Assembly (NCBI RefSeq): GCF_008831285.2
Contig: NC_045138.2
Span: 12,090,001-12,154,000 of the forward strand
Length of the DNA: 64,000 nt
Origin: Nymphaea colorata
Lineage: Eukaryota
Direction of reading: 5' to 3'
Below, one piece after another: positions 36,520 to 51,672 of the stretch. Within the stretch, counting starts at the first letter, position 1, and the number at the start of each line of letters is the position of its first letter. The position numbers and the translations under genes are program-made. A model generated the notes under the pieces. That model was not told the DNA's origin and did no database searches. It saw only the letters and a program-made list of their open reading frames with translations.

Positions 36520-36893
36520 TACTACCAAAAACATCTGCTGGTGTGTCGATAAAAAGTTTTACCAACGTCCAGTATTATGTTGATAAAAATTTTTACCAAC
36601 ACCCAAAAGTATGTTTGTAATTAGTATCACCGACACCACTCTTTGCATCATTAAAATTATTACCAACTTCCGGCAGATGTTGGTAATTGTATATTTAGCT
36701 ACGTTCCAGATGTGTTGGTGAAGACGTCTACACCAACGTGTGCCGTTGAAATGACGGCAATAGTCTTTACCACCATTTGCTTCATCAACGATATTTCCAA
36801 ACGTCGGTAAAACATTTTAACGTTCTTCAGCTGTTGGTAAAACTTTTTACCGCCGTTCTTCAGCGGTCGGTAAAATACCTTTTTTTTCTAGTG
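36520..36893. mobile_element. Non-autonomous CACTA element
   Basis: TACTACCAAAAA ... TTTTTCTAGTG termini, many TACCAAC/GTTGGTA subterminal repeats, 3 bp flanks ATG/ATA. Confidence 0.7.
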
Positions 36894-39800
36894 ATATGAG
36901 ATCTAATATGCTGCAGAAAATTTTAGGAGGAGCTGGATTGTAGTTGGATTTTGGAAAAATTGTGTAATTTCCTTAAGCAGCTTTCTATGTCCCATTGCAG
37001 GTTATACTGCTATTGCCGCTCTCGAAATTGCCCCACGTTGATGAATATCTATACCGGTGGTTTCATGCCTGGTATAGATTTATACCGGCGGACTTGTTCC
37101 TTAAAAGTCGGCCGTTCTAGATCGGCGATAACAGTTATCTTCACTCCATAGCCTTCTTTTCGAAAAATCGCCTGCATCATTGTACCTGCTTATACATGGC
37201 TGTATGCATATGAAAAGAAAATCTTCTCTATATTACATGGAGAGATGACAATTCAATATTTGTAAATTTTTTACTAAATTTCACAAGGGTATAATTTGTA
37301 TATCATATGGAATTAAAAAGACATTCTGGAGTACAAAGAAACAATAGAAGACAATACAAAACAAAGAATATAGGGGATGATAAACAAATCATGTAAAAAA
37401 CTGTTAGTGCTTGCGTTCGAGAGAAAGAGAACTGATAAGTCTCTTCTAATGCCGTTGAATACACTAGTCAACTTGCGATTTAAAGTCGTTCCGAACTCTC
37501 TACTTCTGTCAATCTCAATGAGTCCGCTCCTTTCGTTCTATCAAAAGCATCAAAACAGTCTCCTTTGTGTTTGTTCTAACACCTGTACACTGCACCTAAT
37601 CCACCACTTAAGTGTGGCACTTTACAGTTTACATGCAATTAAACATAAACACTGCACATAGAGATGCCATAGCACTTGCTTTCCTGAAGAAGGACCAGTG
37701 CCATGTCTACCATAAGTTACGGGCACGAACGATGGGATAATAAATCAAATAAATATAGCTTGACTTTGTGAATACTATGTAGCTGCCATGGTTCATCTAA
37801 ATAGCTGAAAATGAATTTTAAGTCAAGGTGTAGAAAGATAACATTAAATTAAAAGGACCACCAAATTCAGGAGGCCGGATAGAAAGATAAAAACATGAGC
37901 AAACTTGACATATAAAAAACCAAAATAAAAGCTAGTACAACGATCAAAACAGTGTCGTATATGTAAGATCCAATAGATTTTAAACTATGACAAAAAATAA
38001 GATATCAAGTTGTCATATGGATTATGCAATGGCGATCTGGATCCACAATTACATGGATAACTCTTGTAACCAAAGGTGCCTGCCATTGCAACTACTATTA
38101 AATAATGTTATCAAAAAGTGACGTGCAAATATATAAATAACCAGTGGCGCTGCCTGTACCGGAAATTGGTCATTGCTTCAATGTTGCATGTTGCGTGTAC
38201 AAGAAATTGGTCCAATCGAAGGACTCGGAATAACACCCTCCCTTGGTAGACCATAGTATGAAGTTCGAGAACATGTCTAACCAATGTTGTTAAGTGCATT
38301 GATGCAAAGCGATGCGCTTGAGCCAGTAAGGAGAGGGAATGTGCAATAGCACGGTGATGCCTAAGCATTATGTTTAAAATTTTGAAATAGATAATACCTT
38401 TAAAAAATGTAAAAAAATGAAAAAATAAGACGTAGAAATTATTTTGAAAACTAAATCTTATGAACAACTACTTATATATATTGTTCTATAATTAATTGGA
38501 GCTAACTACAAATGTATGGTCTCCAACTTAAAAAACATAAAACAAACAAAAAAACATGGTTTATTAAAGTACAATAAGATTTCATGAAAATTCAAAAACC
38601 AAAGGTTGACTTTTTTTCTTCGTTTGTTAGCTCCTATACACGCGCGAAAGAAAGAAAAATCTTGACATCGATTCATAAAACTTTTGAAATGAGAAATAAA
38701 AGAGTAACATATAAAACTTATAAGTATGTACCTAATAACAGGTGAAATCAAGTTGATAAGTTTGGTTCCATAAAATAAATTTCATGTCACATAATATCAA
38801 ATCCAGGTATTGAATACAACATAGATGAACCAAGAAACATGTGATATCTTATACAACTAGCAAGAATGGCTGCTGGCATCAACCATTCAACAGAAGGAGA
38901 GAAAGATAGGAGAGATTGAGCATTTACCAAAGTTCATGCAACAGTTGTAAGAAGTTGGCCGAATAGCAAGGATACATTAACGTCGTTGTCAGCGGAATTA
39001 AAATGAGAGACCAAACTTTTAACTAATCTGGCGGCATGTCCAAAATGCCGGGAATAGGTATGTGCATCATCTTCCCCGCTCTTCCCTGCGCCTCAATATC
39101 GTTTTTGAGGCGTTTCCTTAATTGATGTGTTGTGATGCGTGCGCATGCATTTAACAACATTGTGCTACAAATAAAATGTTTTCAAAACATAAATAAAAGT
39201 ATAGCAATTAGAGAAATGGATATGGAGAGAAAACCAAGACCAATGGGTCAGATTTGCAGAGAATGAGAATACGACCCATTTGTTAACTACTTGTTACGAA
39301 AGGTATAAAAGGAGTTAAGTTGGATGAACTGAACCGGTAGTTGGAGTATTCGTAGTGGTCATATAGCGATCATGTTTTGATAGGGGAATACTGGGATAGT
39401 ACTTCTAATATCGCTGATCAAAGCCCTACGTTTATTGTTTTCTACTATTTCCTCTTATTCTTTCACCTATAATTGGCAAACTTGCCGGGCTGACTCGAGA
39501 ATTGCCTGAGTCAGCCGGATTGCCAACAAATCAAGCTGCAACTCAAGATTGGTTCAGCTTGCCCCTCATTCAGCCTGACTCGCCCGTTTCAGTTGCAATG
39601 ATTTACATTATGGTTATCTGAACACTCAACCGAGTCGATGAGTCAACTTGCTGGCCCAGTGACCCAATCATCCTACCCATTTTTACTTTTTTTTTTTCAA
39701 TCCATTCCTTTTCACAATAATTTTTCTAAGAGGATATATAGTCACAAAAAGATCAAGCGGTGATACATCTAGCTGAAGCTTATGAAAGACATCCAAGGTT

Positions 39801-40266
39801 ATCATATGATAGAATTAACCATTTGGGGACTGTATTCTCTGGCTTCTTTCGTAGGAGCTCACTGCTTCTTGAGCATAATTATTACTATCTCAAGCCATGA
39901 AACACAATGGTGGAAGTAAACGCCTATGATGGAGAGTTTTTTGGATGGTTGGAATTCGGTTTTGTTCATAAATTATGAAAGTTCACTCGACAATGGAGTT
40001 GCATGAATATACCTATGTTTACACACTATAACACAATGGTGTTGTAAGATGCAGATATATTCTGAATGTGGCCAAAGTATTGCACACTAAACGTATTATA
40101 ATGTTCTCTAACACTCCAAGGTTAGAGAACCAAGAACAAAATGACATTCTTCAAATCAAAGTGGGTTACATGTGTAACCAATATGAGCATACTTAATAGA
40201 ACTTTATTCTAACTCAATTTACTAGAGCAACAATGCACTTCCTAGCTAAAAGATCCTGAGATTTAA

Positions 40267-40428
40267 GGGTCGTTTGGGAATAGTAATTACATTATGTTAT
40301 TTCAAGCATCTAACCCAAAAAATTAGTTAGATTCATTGGACACTTTGAAAAACATTTTATGAATTTACCCCACTTTTGGAGCAGATGCATGGAATAGTAC
40401 ATATTGTTATTGTTTCCAAACAACCTCT
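40267..40428. mobile_element. Tourist-like MITE
   Basis: TAA|GGGTCGTTTGG ... CCAAACAACCTC inverted termini. Confidence 0.6.
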
Positions 40429-40766
40429 TGAAGAACTTCCATCTTCGAGCTATTTTATACAGTTGGAGATGCACCTACATGGATGCCTTCAAAGATTAGG
40501 CTTACTTAAGATAGGGTACCATGTCAAATGATGCTTGGGGTTGTCAATGGATCAGACATGGCTTTATGGAGTGCAATGAAAATTGGGACGGATTTTGGAC
40601 GGTCAAATATGCATGCCATGTCCTCCTTTGCACAATGGTCCCCATTACACGAGCAATGAACATTAGAACACAACGGCCCCCATTACATGCTCAAACTGTG
40701 TAAAATCTCATACAATCAGCTAAGTGGCAGCATCGGAAAAGCAGAACACTCCTTATGGCATACTGT

Positions 40767-41027
40767 TAGGACTGCACAACGAGCAACTAGAACTCGCTTG
40801 AAAAAACTCGAAGTTTAACTTTATACTTGAAATGTTAAACAAGTTGTGTTCCTAGTTGTAAGAAGTCGACTTGCTCGACTATGTAAAACCTGTTCATCAT
40901 AGTTGAATTAGTTAAACGAGTCACAAGTTAAAAGAATACGATACAGGTTAATAGAAACGAGTTACAATGTCGAGCTGGAGCTTGTTCGAACAAAACTTGA
41001 GCTCGAGTAGGCTCGTGTGCAGCCCTA
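40767..41027. mobile_element. hAT-like MITE
   Basis: TIRs TAGGACTGCACAACGAGC / GCTCGTGTGCAGCCCTA; internal CTCGA/TCGAG motifs. Confidence 0.7.
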
Positions 41028-42147
41028 CTGATATTGTGAAACATTTTCCATGCATCACTAAACAGAAGTAGAAGAGAACATGGGAAAGAGGTTGCACATC
41101 ACAGAGAGAGAGAGGGCATGCAGCACAGGTAAAGGACGCGGGCCAGAGGGGACAGCAACAGCTCTCTGTGTGCACAGAAGAAAGGGTATGAGAGAGACAA
41201 GGACACAGCAATGAGAGAGAGAGGGGGGGTATTAAGAGACTTTAAGACTAGGCTGTGAAGATATATTAGCCCGTGGAATCTTGTTAGAGATAAAAGCATG
41301 TCACATGAAATCCCAGTTGGGAGGACCCACTTGCCAACATGTCCACCCAACACCCTGCCCAATCTGCATTGAAGCTCGGCCTTGCAGTACTTAATACCAA
41401 CTGCAAGGGGCGAAGGGTATTAAGCATCTCTCCCTCTCGAGAACTCTGTCTCTCGGATACCTTTTTCCATGGGTTGTCGACATGAAATTAAATAGGCTTC
41501 ACACCCATTTAATGTACTTCACGGAATGAATTAAATTGCTTCACGTTATTCTTGGCAGCTAATCAAGTATGTGATGACATCGTCTACTCTTCTTCCTTTC
41601 TTCCAACAACACAGTACGAGGAATAGCAAATTAATATATATATATATATATATATAGCTGCATGACCAACAGTATCTTAACTTATAAAAATAAGCAGTCA
41701 TTCCCCATTCTTTTAGCGTTCAACTGATTTCCGTCTGTATGCTTTTAAATTGGAATATATAAGATCGGTTAAATCGGTTTATAATTTGTAAAATGACGAT
41801 AGTAATAAGAATTTAAGTAACTTACGACAATGTTTCGTTTAGAAAAAAGGAGCCTTAGGGGTGCACAAAGACCGAACTAGCCTATCATTTAGGCAGTAGG
41901 GGAGCTACAGTGTTTGGCCCATACTCGACCTTCAAAAATCTCAGTGCAATGAAATTAGAATGTATGATCCCTACATTAGACCAGCCGGGTCGACAACTCA
42001 AAGTGCCGCTCTGCTACAAAATTTGGCTCTATCACAGGATATAGGAGAAGTTAACTTTAAAGGGTGTAGCCCGAGCATGTTAACTCAAGAAATTAAAACT
42101 AAGTTTCAGCATAATCTTAAGCTTGAAAAAGATCCTGCCATAACGTA

Positions 42148-42474
42148 TGTTGGATGTTGCAGGATGTCAAATGTTGTTAGATGGTAAAAAGTTAAAAATA
42201 TGTCACTAAAAAACAATTATCACAAAAGAATTAGTGACGGCTTATTATGTTTTCAGCAGTGCGTTGTTAATCATATGACAACATTCGAACATTTAGTATC
42301 TCCGAATTCTATATCTATATGGATGTGTGTGTGTGCACTACATGCTACATGTCATCAATGACTAAAAATTAAAAATCTAACACTAAAAGAAGTTATTATG
42401 GGGGCATTAGCGGCAGTTTATAGTAGAGCAGCAGTTTATAATGTTTTTAGTCATCTAACAACATCCAGCATATG
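42148..42474. mobile_element. MITE-like inverted-repeat element
   Basis: TATGTTGGATGTTG ... CAACATCCAGCATA; internal direct repeat CACTAAAA-AATTA. Confidence 0.5.
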
Positions 42475-42492
42475 CATCTGACATATTATGAT

Positions 42493-42536
<44 letters not shown>

Positions 42537-43631
42537 ATCCAATATCTAAAAAAGGATTTGAACGATCCGGACTAGGCTTGGGACTACATCAGGCGGGGGG
42601 TGTCAACCTCAACCATCCAAAGTATGCTTAATTTTTTATAATAAGTTTAACTGCACGCATCCTTAGCCGGGTCTGCTCGGCCTCCATCGTTTTAACCGTG
42701 GCGCGCAGCTTATTCATTTATATATGACGACCAAAGCCAAGCCTGTCATTCTCATACTTGGCTCGGCTTTAGCTGAGGTGCTCCTGCACCAGAACTTTGT
42801 AACCTTAAGAAGCAGCTTGAAGTGAAGGTGGAGTACCCAACTTGTTTTTGAATTTAAAGTGAAGAAAAATGAAGTCTATTTTCAAAACACACACACACAC
42901 ACACACACATATAAATATATATATGTGTGTGTTTGTTGTCTCAATCTGGCTCTGGAACCTTAATCACATGTACGTGTGTATATATATATATATATATGTA
43001 TATAAGAGAAATGGAAACTTACTTAATCCTGGTCTAATGAAACGAGGCTCTCAAGCCGGAGTGCTAGCGCGCACTTCCTCTTGCCGGAGTTGTCAATGTC
43101 CTGTAAAAAACGCAAAAGCTCGCTGCACTCGCTGTGAGAAAGTCACTCCTAGCTGGGCATCTAAGAATAAGCCCAGAATCTTCAATTGCACAAACCAACA
43201 TCTATTTTGATTCACTTGCTAAGAGCGCATCCTTGAGATGCTAAAGCAACTGATTTCTGTAAAACAAGTTTGTGAAAAATTGTGCACGAAGAAAGAATTA
43301 TGTACTTTCTGCCGGCGGTGTGCCAGGATCTACGGCCACATGTTGCCTATGGCAATGACCGATCTTGCTGCCTTATATCTCATAAATATCCGACTCTGTT
43401 TTGGGACTCAATTCTAGCAGTCATTATAGCAAAGCAAGACTTGTGGTCAATTGGATGTCCTATAGATCCAAAAGTTTAAAACGTTTCTGTGTAAGGATGG
43501 CCCTGTCTGGTGGGGCTAAATAGACAGGTAAATAGAAGATTCCAGATTCAAAAAATGGATCTGGATCTTTCTAGTCCAGCTTTATATGCCATATCTATAT
43601 TAAAAAAAAAAAAGACATTTGAAAACATTAT

Positions 43632-44005
43632 TAGGGATGTCAATGGATCAGATTTGCATCGGATATATGCTTAACCTTATTCACTTTTTTTGATATTCAC
43701 ATATTTGGATTCGAATAAGACTAAAAAAAAAGTAATATCCAAATCCGAAATCCGATTTGACAATTTGAATCAAATTTTTATAGTTATATTAGAATTTGAA
43801 TCCGAATTTTGAATCAAATCTAGCCAATTTTCAAAATATAAGGAGCAGTGGATATAAGATATTTATTTAAAACTAAATTTGATTGAAATCTATATCTGAA
43901 TCCAATCTGATATTTAAGTTTCTTAATCAGATATTAAATGTTTTTTCATATTCAGTTTTTTTCGTATTATTTGATTGAATATCCAATTAAAAGCAGACAT
44001 TCCTA
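43632..44005. mobile_element. hAT-like MITE
   Basis: TIRs TAGGGATGTC / GACATTCCTA, 8 bp TSD AACATTAT / AACATAAT, ATCCGA subterminal repeats. Confidence 0.8.
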
Positions 44006-44665
44006 AACATAATCCAAATGAACAACGCATAAAACTGGACTGAGCTGTCTATATAATCGGGTACACTGACCAACATTGTTCTGGAAACTGATCTGAACTT
44101 AAAGTGATTAATTCCCGTTCATAGACATGATGAATCACGTGACGTAGATTCCTCACACAATCAGTTCCCCCGTCAGGTTCTGACGCAAGTCCCTGTTGTA
44201 TTGGGTTCTTTGCAAGAAAGGGTATCGAATCGGTTGTGCACGAAACGGGTCGGAATTTTCGGACTTGATCTGAAGACAAGCTCAAACAAAACCGAGGCAC
44301 GTTGGTTTTCCGTATCGTATCGGGACTCAGTGAATCGCTTTGATGAAGAAATTTGGAGGAAGGTAATAAAAACCGAACCAAGTTGTGGAGCACAACGCCA
44401 TAGGGAAAGGTGGGGTCCTCAAAAAGATATTCCACGTTTATGCAACACTTCGCTTTTGCTCCCAGAGGTCTTTAACGACAGAATCTTCGTCGTAGATCGC
44501 CCCTCCTCGCGGTCTGCGCCCAACCTTTGGACATTAACGGCCTTTTAATCTATCGAATTGACCTTATGCCCCCTTGAACAAATTCCCCGAAGGGCTGCTG
44601 TCTAACTTAAAATTCCCAGTTCTCACACTGGACCTCACGACCAAATGAGTCCTACCATCCATCCG

Positions 44666-44827
<162 letters not shown>

Positions 44828-45141
44828 CCCTTTGTTTTTTATTTATTTATTTATTTTTTTGCAATCTAACCTTATTGATATGATTTAAAGAATAAGTTGA
44901 CTTAAAACATAGTTGAACATTTGTTCGACTTTAATGATCTTTTTATAATAAAAAAAATGAATGGCCTCTATGTCATTATAATAAAAAAATCAACATTTTC
45001 AATTAAAACAACTTGAACCAAAATTGAACCAAAACATGTTTTACATCAAAATAGACTTTATAAACATATTAAGATGTTTATATTTTATTTAAAATAGTTT
45101 TTAACAAAAAATCAATGGTTCTGGTTTTTATCCTTGACCTC

Positions 45142-45233
<92 letters not shown>

Positions 45234-46363
45234 GGAGGGGCTAAAAGTCAATGCTGTCATGTGCAGACTAAATTGTTAACGCTAAAACTACCATAAACTA
45301 TTGTAGTTTATAGTTAATGTCAACTTAGTGTTTTTTTTATAACAATATATATATATATACATAAGAGCTCAAATTCTTTCGGCATCTATCCATGGGTCAT
45401 GCGGTCAAAAGCTAGATGGACGGATGTCCTGAGGAATATATCAGGTCCTACAAATAAGTTGAAAAGAAAGTAAATGCATAACTTATTATAATGCTTTTCT
45501 AACTTTTGTTCACTCAAATACGTGCTAGGACCGCAAGTTTGCTAGATATGGCGCGAAGACGTGACACTGCAATAAGGAGGAGTTTGTGGGGGTTATAAGT
45601 GCTATGTGGTCACCCCCTAGTTGACATCTTTTGGTGTGGGAAAGTAGAACAAATTCGATGGGCCGTTATATAGGAGTACTCTGGGTCGCACACAAACGCT
45701 ATATGTGTATCTTGGTTTTCATCACCTCTGGACCTTGGGGGAGGGGTTGAAAGCAGCTAGTTTCAATCTCTTCTCGAATCAACACCCTATCTCTATTAGA
45801 TGTTCAACAATGAGACATTTTGTAAAACAAAAAGTAAAGAGCAAAACGAATTAGGATTGTCCTAAAAATGTGCATAGTAACACTTATCATGCTTTCACTC
45901 AAACACATGAGCGTGTTGGATGGACACAAAATGGAAGACACAACTTAGTTCTCTCTCTCTCCCTTCCTCTTTTGTTTTTGTATGTCAATGATATGGGATA
46001 TCCCAATTTCCAGCAGTTTTTCTTTTTTTCCTGACTTCTATAATCTTCACATTCTGACCTTTTATTGTTTATTTCCTTGGTATGTTTACTAGCGAACTTG
46101 CATTGAAGAAAATAGTGAAAGCAGTACTTAGGGTCATTTGAACGAAGAGTTGACAACGTATTTATTGAAAAAGCAAAATATATTTACCAAGCTTTTGCCT
46201 ACCGTGTTTGCTCTCCCTTCAACAATTTATAAAACCCCACGACACTAGGAAACAAGTGTTATTTACAGATCTTACAAGGCAACGGTTTTGCCTAATGAAT
46301 ACTTGAACCAGTAGAAACAGGACATGCATAAACCATTTGCTTTTTTGATATATAGAAAACGTT

Positions 46364-46398
<35 letters not shown>

Positions 46399-48277
46399 AA
46401 AACGTTGTTTGCTCTATCCAATCAAACAATGCATCAGACGACGTGTTTTGGAGCTCGGATGTATGGATGACCATTTGAATCAAGTGTGTGATATATATAT
46501 ATATATATAAGATCTGTACATACACAAACAATTGTATGCTAACCCTAAAACTGAAACTTGAGAAGAAAGCGGCCAAGTAAGAAGCGGTTGATTTCTATGA
46601 TCTTTAATTTCTAACTGAACAGTTTTCCCTTTTCTGGTTTTGTTTGAAAGGGCGAGCAACCACAGGTAGCGGTGTGAAGGGTAGGTAGCTAGGGTAACCT
46701 GACCTGAGCTGACCGAAGGAAAAGGAGTGAAGTACCAGTAGGTATAGCAGCAGAGGCTGATGAGTTACTCTTTCAGAGCGCATGCTTGCACAACTGGGGT
46801 TGCGCCTAAATGGGGGTAGTTTTAGAAACTCACATCGAAAGCCACCACTGGGGCTTGCCCCTAATAATATTTGGCTGGGGGCGTTGGAGGACGAAGGGAG
46901 AGGCCGGGCTTCTCGAGAAGGATACAGTTCTGATATAAATGACCTCTGACTTTGCTTACACAAACCGTGTAGTGTATTGCCCCGGAGTACGCCATTAGAG
47001 ATCTCAGAGAGAGACAGAGAGAGGTGGTCGGGGCTGCAGAGTTTCAGGCCACCTCCCTCTTAGGTGCGCAGGCTCTCAGGCCGTCCTTTTCCACCTTCCC
47101 TCCTCACCCCCCACATTTAAAGGCACGGTCTTTCAGTGTCTTTATAAGACATAAACCCCTACTTGCACCTATGGCTGGCTGGAAAATAGGCTTCGTTTTT
47201 GTTTGCGATCTTGCTGATTAAGAAATGATCAGAAGGTAGAAAATGTTTGTTTTGGTTCTAGAATATGTAGATATAGTACAGTTGATAAGAGCTATGTGGT
47301 GGGCTATGTGGGCATACAGTCCCAAAAATATGTTTATTTTTATAATGATATCTTAGTTCAAGTTGGATTCTCTTCAAAATTTTAAAATTTATTACCAATA
47401 CCCGGTACCCAGCAATTTCAAACTCCGCCCTATGTGAAGGTTGGGATAAAGGCACAAGGGGCATCGAGATAATGAATCTGGATGAAATCTAGAATGGCCA
47501 CTTTTCACATTTTATGTGTCTCGAACTCATAAGCCATATATATATATATATATACTTTTCTCTCTCCTTCCGTGGACTTTTCTCACCTAAGCAATGGAAG
47601 AACAATGAATAGTACATTTGAGGTGAAGTTACCAGCTTTGTATAATTGCAACGCCTTGTTTGCTTTGACGCTTAATTCATTGTGTGTATGCATCCATAAT
47701 TAGTTTGTTACTTCAATTTGTGGGCTCAAGTGAATGGTGACTCTAAAAAGAGAGTCACCCATCCATCATAATAAATGGTTAAAAGAAAAACATTGAGAAA
47801 ACAATGATGATCATTTTCATTATCTAATATTGATTCCTACCTTTAAGGTTCATCTTTTAATACCAATTGCTTTAATAGCGTAAAATTGCATAGGGCGCAA
47901 ACAAGGGCTAGTAAGCCTGCGTCCCTCTTGTGTTGGAGAAAGTACTAAATGAGCAAAACGAACCCAAGATAACAGATAGGAGCTCAGCTTGTTTCTGCAT
48001 TGATGTAACGTGAAGTTAATTTGTTCATGGCTAGAGTATCAACACGCTAATTAAGTTCCATTATATGCTAAGCATGCACAAAGGTACATGAGTCATTTGG
48101 GTTGCTTTCCAACTAGTTTTGTAATATACATATTACTTTTGACAGCAATGAGAGGCTTCAAATTAAAACTTTTCTGGGTGTAAGGAATATATCTAAGTTT
48201 AACCCACCCCCATATTCGTACCCAATTAACGATAAGAAAGCGATGGCAAGCAAACGGAGACTGCCCAATAACATTTA

Positions 48278-48591
48278 GGGGGCATTTGGTTCACTTGAAT
48301 GAAATCTATGGAATTTTATGATTATTATTCTCATTCTTTAAAAATGGGAATTGCGTTATCAAGCAAAGAATTTTGGTTCCATACTCAAAATTCTGGAAAT
48401 ATAATTCTACCCTTGAAATGTTTTTATCTTTTTTGGGCCACAAGGTGCGAATGCTTTCATTCATGAATTTTAAAATCTTGAATTTCTTTTCGTCAAACAA
48501 GTCATTTTTAATTCTGAAATGAAAATTTGAGACTGAAACTTTTTCATTTAAATTCGACCCAGAATCGGAAATCTAGGCATCAAACGGCTCC
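48278..48591. mobile_element. Tourist/PIF-Harbinger MITE about 0.7 kb upstream of the NAC gene
   Basis: TTA|GGGGGCATTTG ... CAAACGGCTCC|TTA. Confidence 0.75.
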
Positions 48592-48696
48592 TTAGTTTAG
48601 GTTGCAGATCTGTCTAGGCACTTTGTTTACCTGAAAGACAGAACTGATAACTAATGAAAAGAGGTTATAGGAAAGCGATTAACCATTTATTATCCT

Positions 48697-48784
<88 letters not shown>

Positions 48785-49283
48785 AGTAGGGAAATGTAAG
48801 CGGGTGAGATTTACATAGTAAGACGTCTCACGTATGAAGCATACCGGCTGCACATAGGCCCTATTTTTTGGTCTTTTTGTACGGATCCACTCTGACCCAT
48901 AAAATTTATTTCGTCGCCCCCATGCAATTTCTTCCCCTCCCGAAACGCCTTGTTATTTGCATCTCGGCTCTCTCCTCTGGCCTACGATGGCAGAAACTGT
49001 ACACACACGCGCGGGCGCACGCATAAATCTGCAAAGGCCTTTGCATTTACGTCGAAAGTCGGCTACTGTACCATCCATCTCTCTCTCTCTCTCTCTCTCT
49101 CTCCCTGCTCGCATTCAATACTCTCTGATCCTTCAATCTTACACCGCAAATAATTTGCAGCTTCGGTTTCAGTGTCCCACTCTTCTATATCTTGCTCTCT
49201 TCTCCTCTCCTCTCATCCTTCCCCTCCCTCCCTTCATCTCTTTTGCTTGTCTATCTGTGTTTATCCCTTCCTCTGTGTAAATT

Positions 49284-50982
49284 ATGGGGGCTCGTTGGTC
49301 TCCTCTCTCATTCCCTGTGGATGATCTTAACAAGCAGGGCCTTCCTCCGGGATTCAGATTTCACCCCACGGATGAAGAGCTTGTCACCTTCTATCTAGTT
49401 TCTAAAGTCTTCAACGCTCGTTTCTCTGGTTTAACCATCATGGCAGAGATCGACCTGAACAAGTGCGAGCCATGGGACCTTCCAGGTATCCTTTTACAGA
49501 TGTTGCAAAGAGGAGCAAAACGAAGATATACTGCTATCGTAGAATTAATTGTTTTCCGAATGTTTTTCAGCTTTTCTATTGTTTCCCAAACTTCCATGTG
49601 TTTTCGATGGTTGCACCTGGACGATGAAGAAGGTCCATCTTTCCTCTAGTATTACAACTTTCGGAGTAGAGTTAGAATGGTTTCTAGATAAAGCCATGAG
49701 ATATCCTAAGCGTAGCTTCACCTTCACATGCGTGTCCAAAGGAGGTGTAGTGAAGGAAGAGGACTCTCATTACGTTTTCTGCAGAAAATTGTCAACCGTC
49801 TTATTAAACTACGACTTTAAATGCCAGATTTTTAAATAAAATTATGATATATATTTATTATCTTTAAATATTTTTCTTTTTGACCAACGAACAGAGTCTC
49901 CTTGTTAGGGTTTATGTGAATTTTTTTTTTTAAAAAAGGGATAAATCTCGCACTTCTGCACATGACTCTTCTGTGATATATCTTGGTTGGTTAATCATAT
50001 GGTGATGCTCTTATTGGAATGGCAGACACGGCAAAGATGGGGGAAAAGGAGTGGTACTTCTATAGTGTTCGAGACCGCAAGTACCCCACTGGGCTGCGCA
50101 CCAATAGAGCTACAGATGCTGGTTACTGGAAGGCAACAGGGAAAGATAGAGAAATCCACATTTCTTCTACTAAAACATTGGTTGGCATGAAGAAGACTCT
50201 TGTATTTTACAGGGGCAGAGCACCTAGAGGAGTGAAAACCAACTGGGTGATGCACGAATACCGTCTAGAGGGTGAATTATCTTGCCGCTTAAACTGTAAG
50301 GTACGCGAATTCCTCGCACTCCAAATGCTTTCTCTTGATTGCAGTAGCCACTTTGTCATTTTCTCTCTGATTCTTTTGGGTAGTTCCACTATGTATGACA
50401 CACGTATATGAATGTGCTCAGGAAGAATGGGTGATCTGCAGAATATTTCACAAGGCAGCAACAGAGAGGAAGGTCCCACAGCTGCTTCAAAAGCAGAGCC
50501 ACTTCCTTGAAAAGGACCCTCTATTCTCTTTGCCTCCTTTGCTTGAGTCGCCGGCCGAAAACCCATCAAATGCTGGCCAGATTCAGCGTCATGATAAGGA
50601 GACAGCGGCTCATGACAAATTCCATCTTCCTGCAGAAAACCCAACTCCCACAGTTACTAAATCCCTCCCCATGGCAGCCATCCCACAAACTGAATCTTGT
50701 CTTACGACCCAAGGAGGCTGCCAAGGTATACAAGCATGCAAGATAGAGAAGGAAAGCTCTGCTGTCTTTGTGGTGCAGGAAGACGACCCCAGCTTGAACA
50801 GCTGGGTGTACAGAAACCAACTGGGGACGCATGCAACCCTAGACTTGGGTGGTGTCGATTCACTCCAGCAGCTGTCGGCGTCAATGAGCTACAGCCGAGC
50901 CTTTGAGATGGATGAGGATGATGACTACAATCATGGCAATCTCCATGATGGTGCATCAGTGGGCTCGTTGTGGACCTTCTGA
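49284..50982 (+). CDS. CUC3: NAC-domain transcription factor, CUP-SHAPED COTYLEDON 3-like; exons 49284-49485, 50026-50300, 50422-50982 (345 aa)
   Basis: [70 protein letters not shown] and LPPLLE. GT-AG introns keep the frame. TFYL..KVF and CKEEWVICR match the recalled CUC3 sequence. Confidence 0.93.
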
Positions 50983-51672
50983 GATGAAGCCGTCCATGAG
51001 CCATGAAAGCATCAGTACCATCAAAGTGTTGCTATTATTATGCCACCATCACTTATCTCTGGCTTTCCTCTCTAGTGTAAATTATCATATTCTACTTCAC
51101 TGTGTCTGTTAACAGTTTTAAAGTGGTAGAAATAAATATGAGATATTTGAGAGGTAGGGGGTCATAGATTTTCTGATTGTGATATTTGAGGACAGGGACT
51201 TCGCTGCTTGCCCTGGCATAATAAATTGTGGTTGTTCTGTCTTGAGTTATTGCAAGTACATCTCAGGCTTCTTTGGGAGTGACTAGAAACTATACGAAAG
51301 GACGTGATGTTGCCTTTTGTTTTGATGGCAGCGCATATATTTACAGGGCCCTGCCCCGGAACAGAAGAAGCAGAACCGCCTTTTTGTGTCCCAGCTGTAG
51401 GGCATCGTCCCGAGCAATATGCCATGCCGAAAATCCCCACAACATCTAGTTACATTTTGGATGTCCTGGTTTTTTGATAAAAGCTAAAGAAGAAGGTAAA
51501 CATAAATATTAAAACACTCAGGAAAAACTGAGATTTGGTTGTGTTTGGATATCAAGATACAAAAAATTAAGACTATGTTATCAAAATCAGCGAGCATTGG
51601 CCAATGTGCATTTTATACATACAACAAAATAGAGTTGCCCTGATGGTGCTTATTTAACCACCATCAGAGCTC

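Noticed and set aside
41095..41180. miR156-like hairpin (TCACAGAGAGAGAGAGGGCA ... GCTCTCTGTGTG)
   Set aside because: Too many mismatches to miR156 and poor pairing; better explained as low-complexity GA-rich sequence.
47734..47762. Short hairpin GGTGACTCT-AAAAAG-AGAGTCACC
   Set aside because: A 9-11 bp stem is expected by chance in 64 kb.
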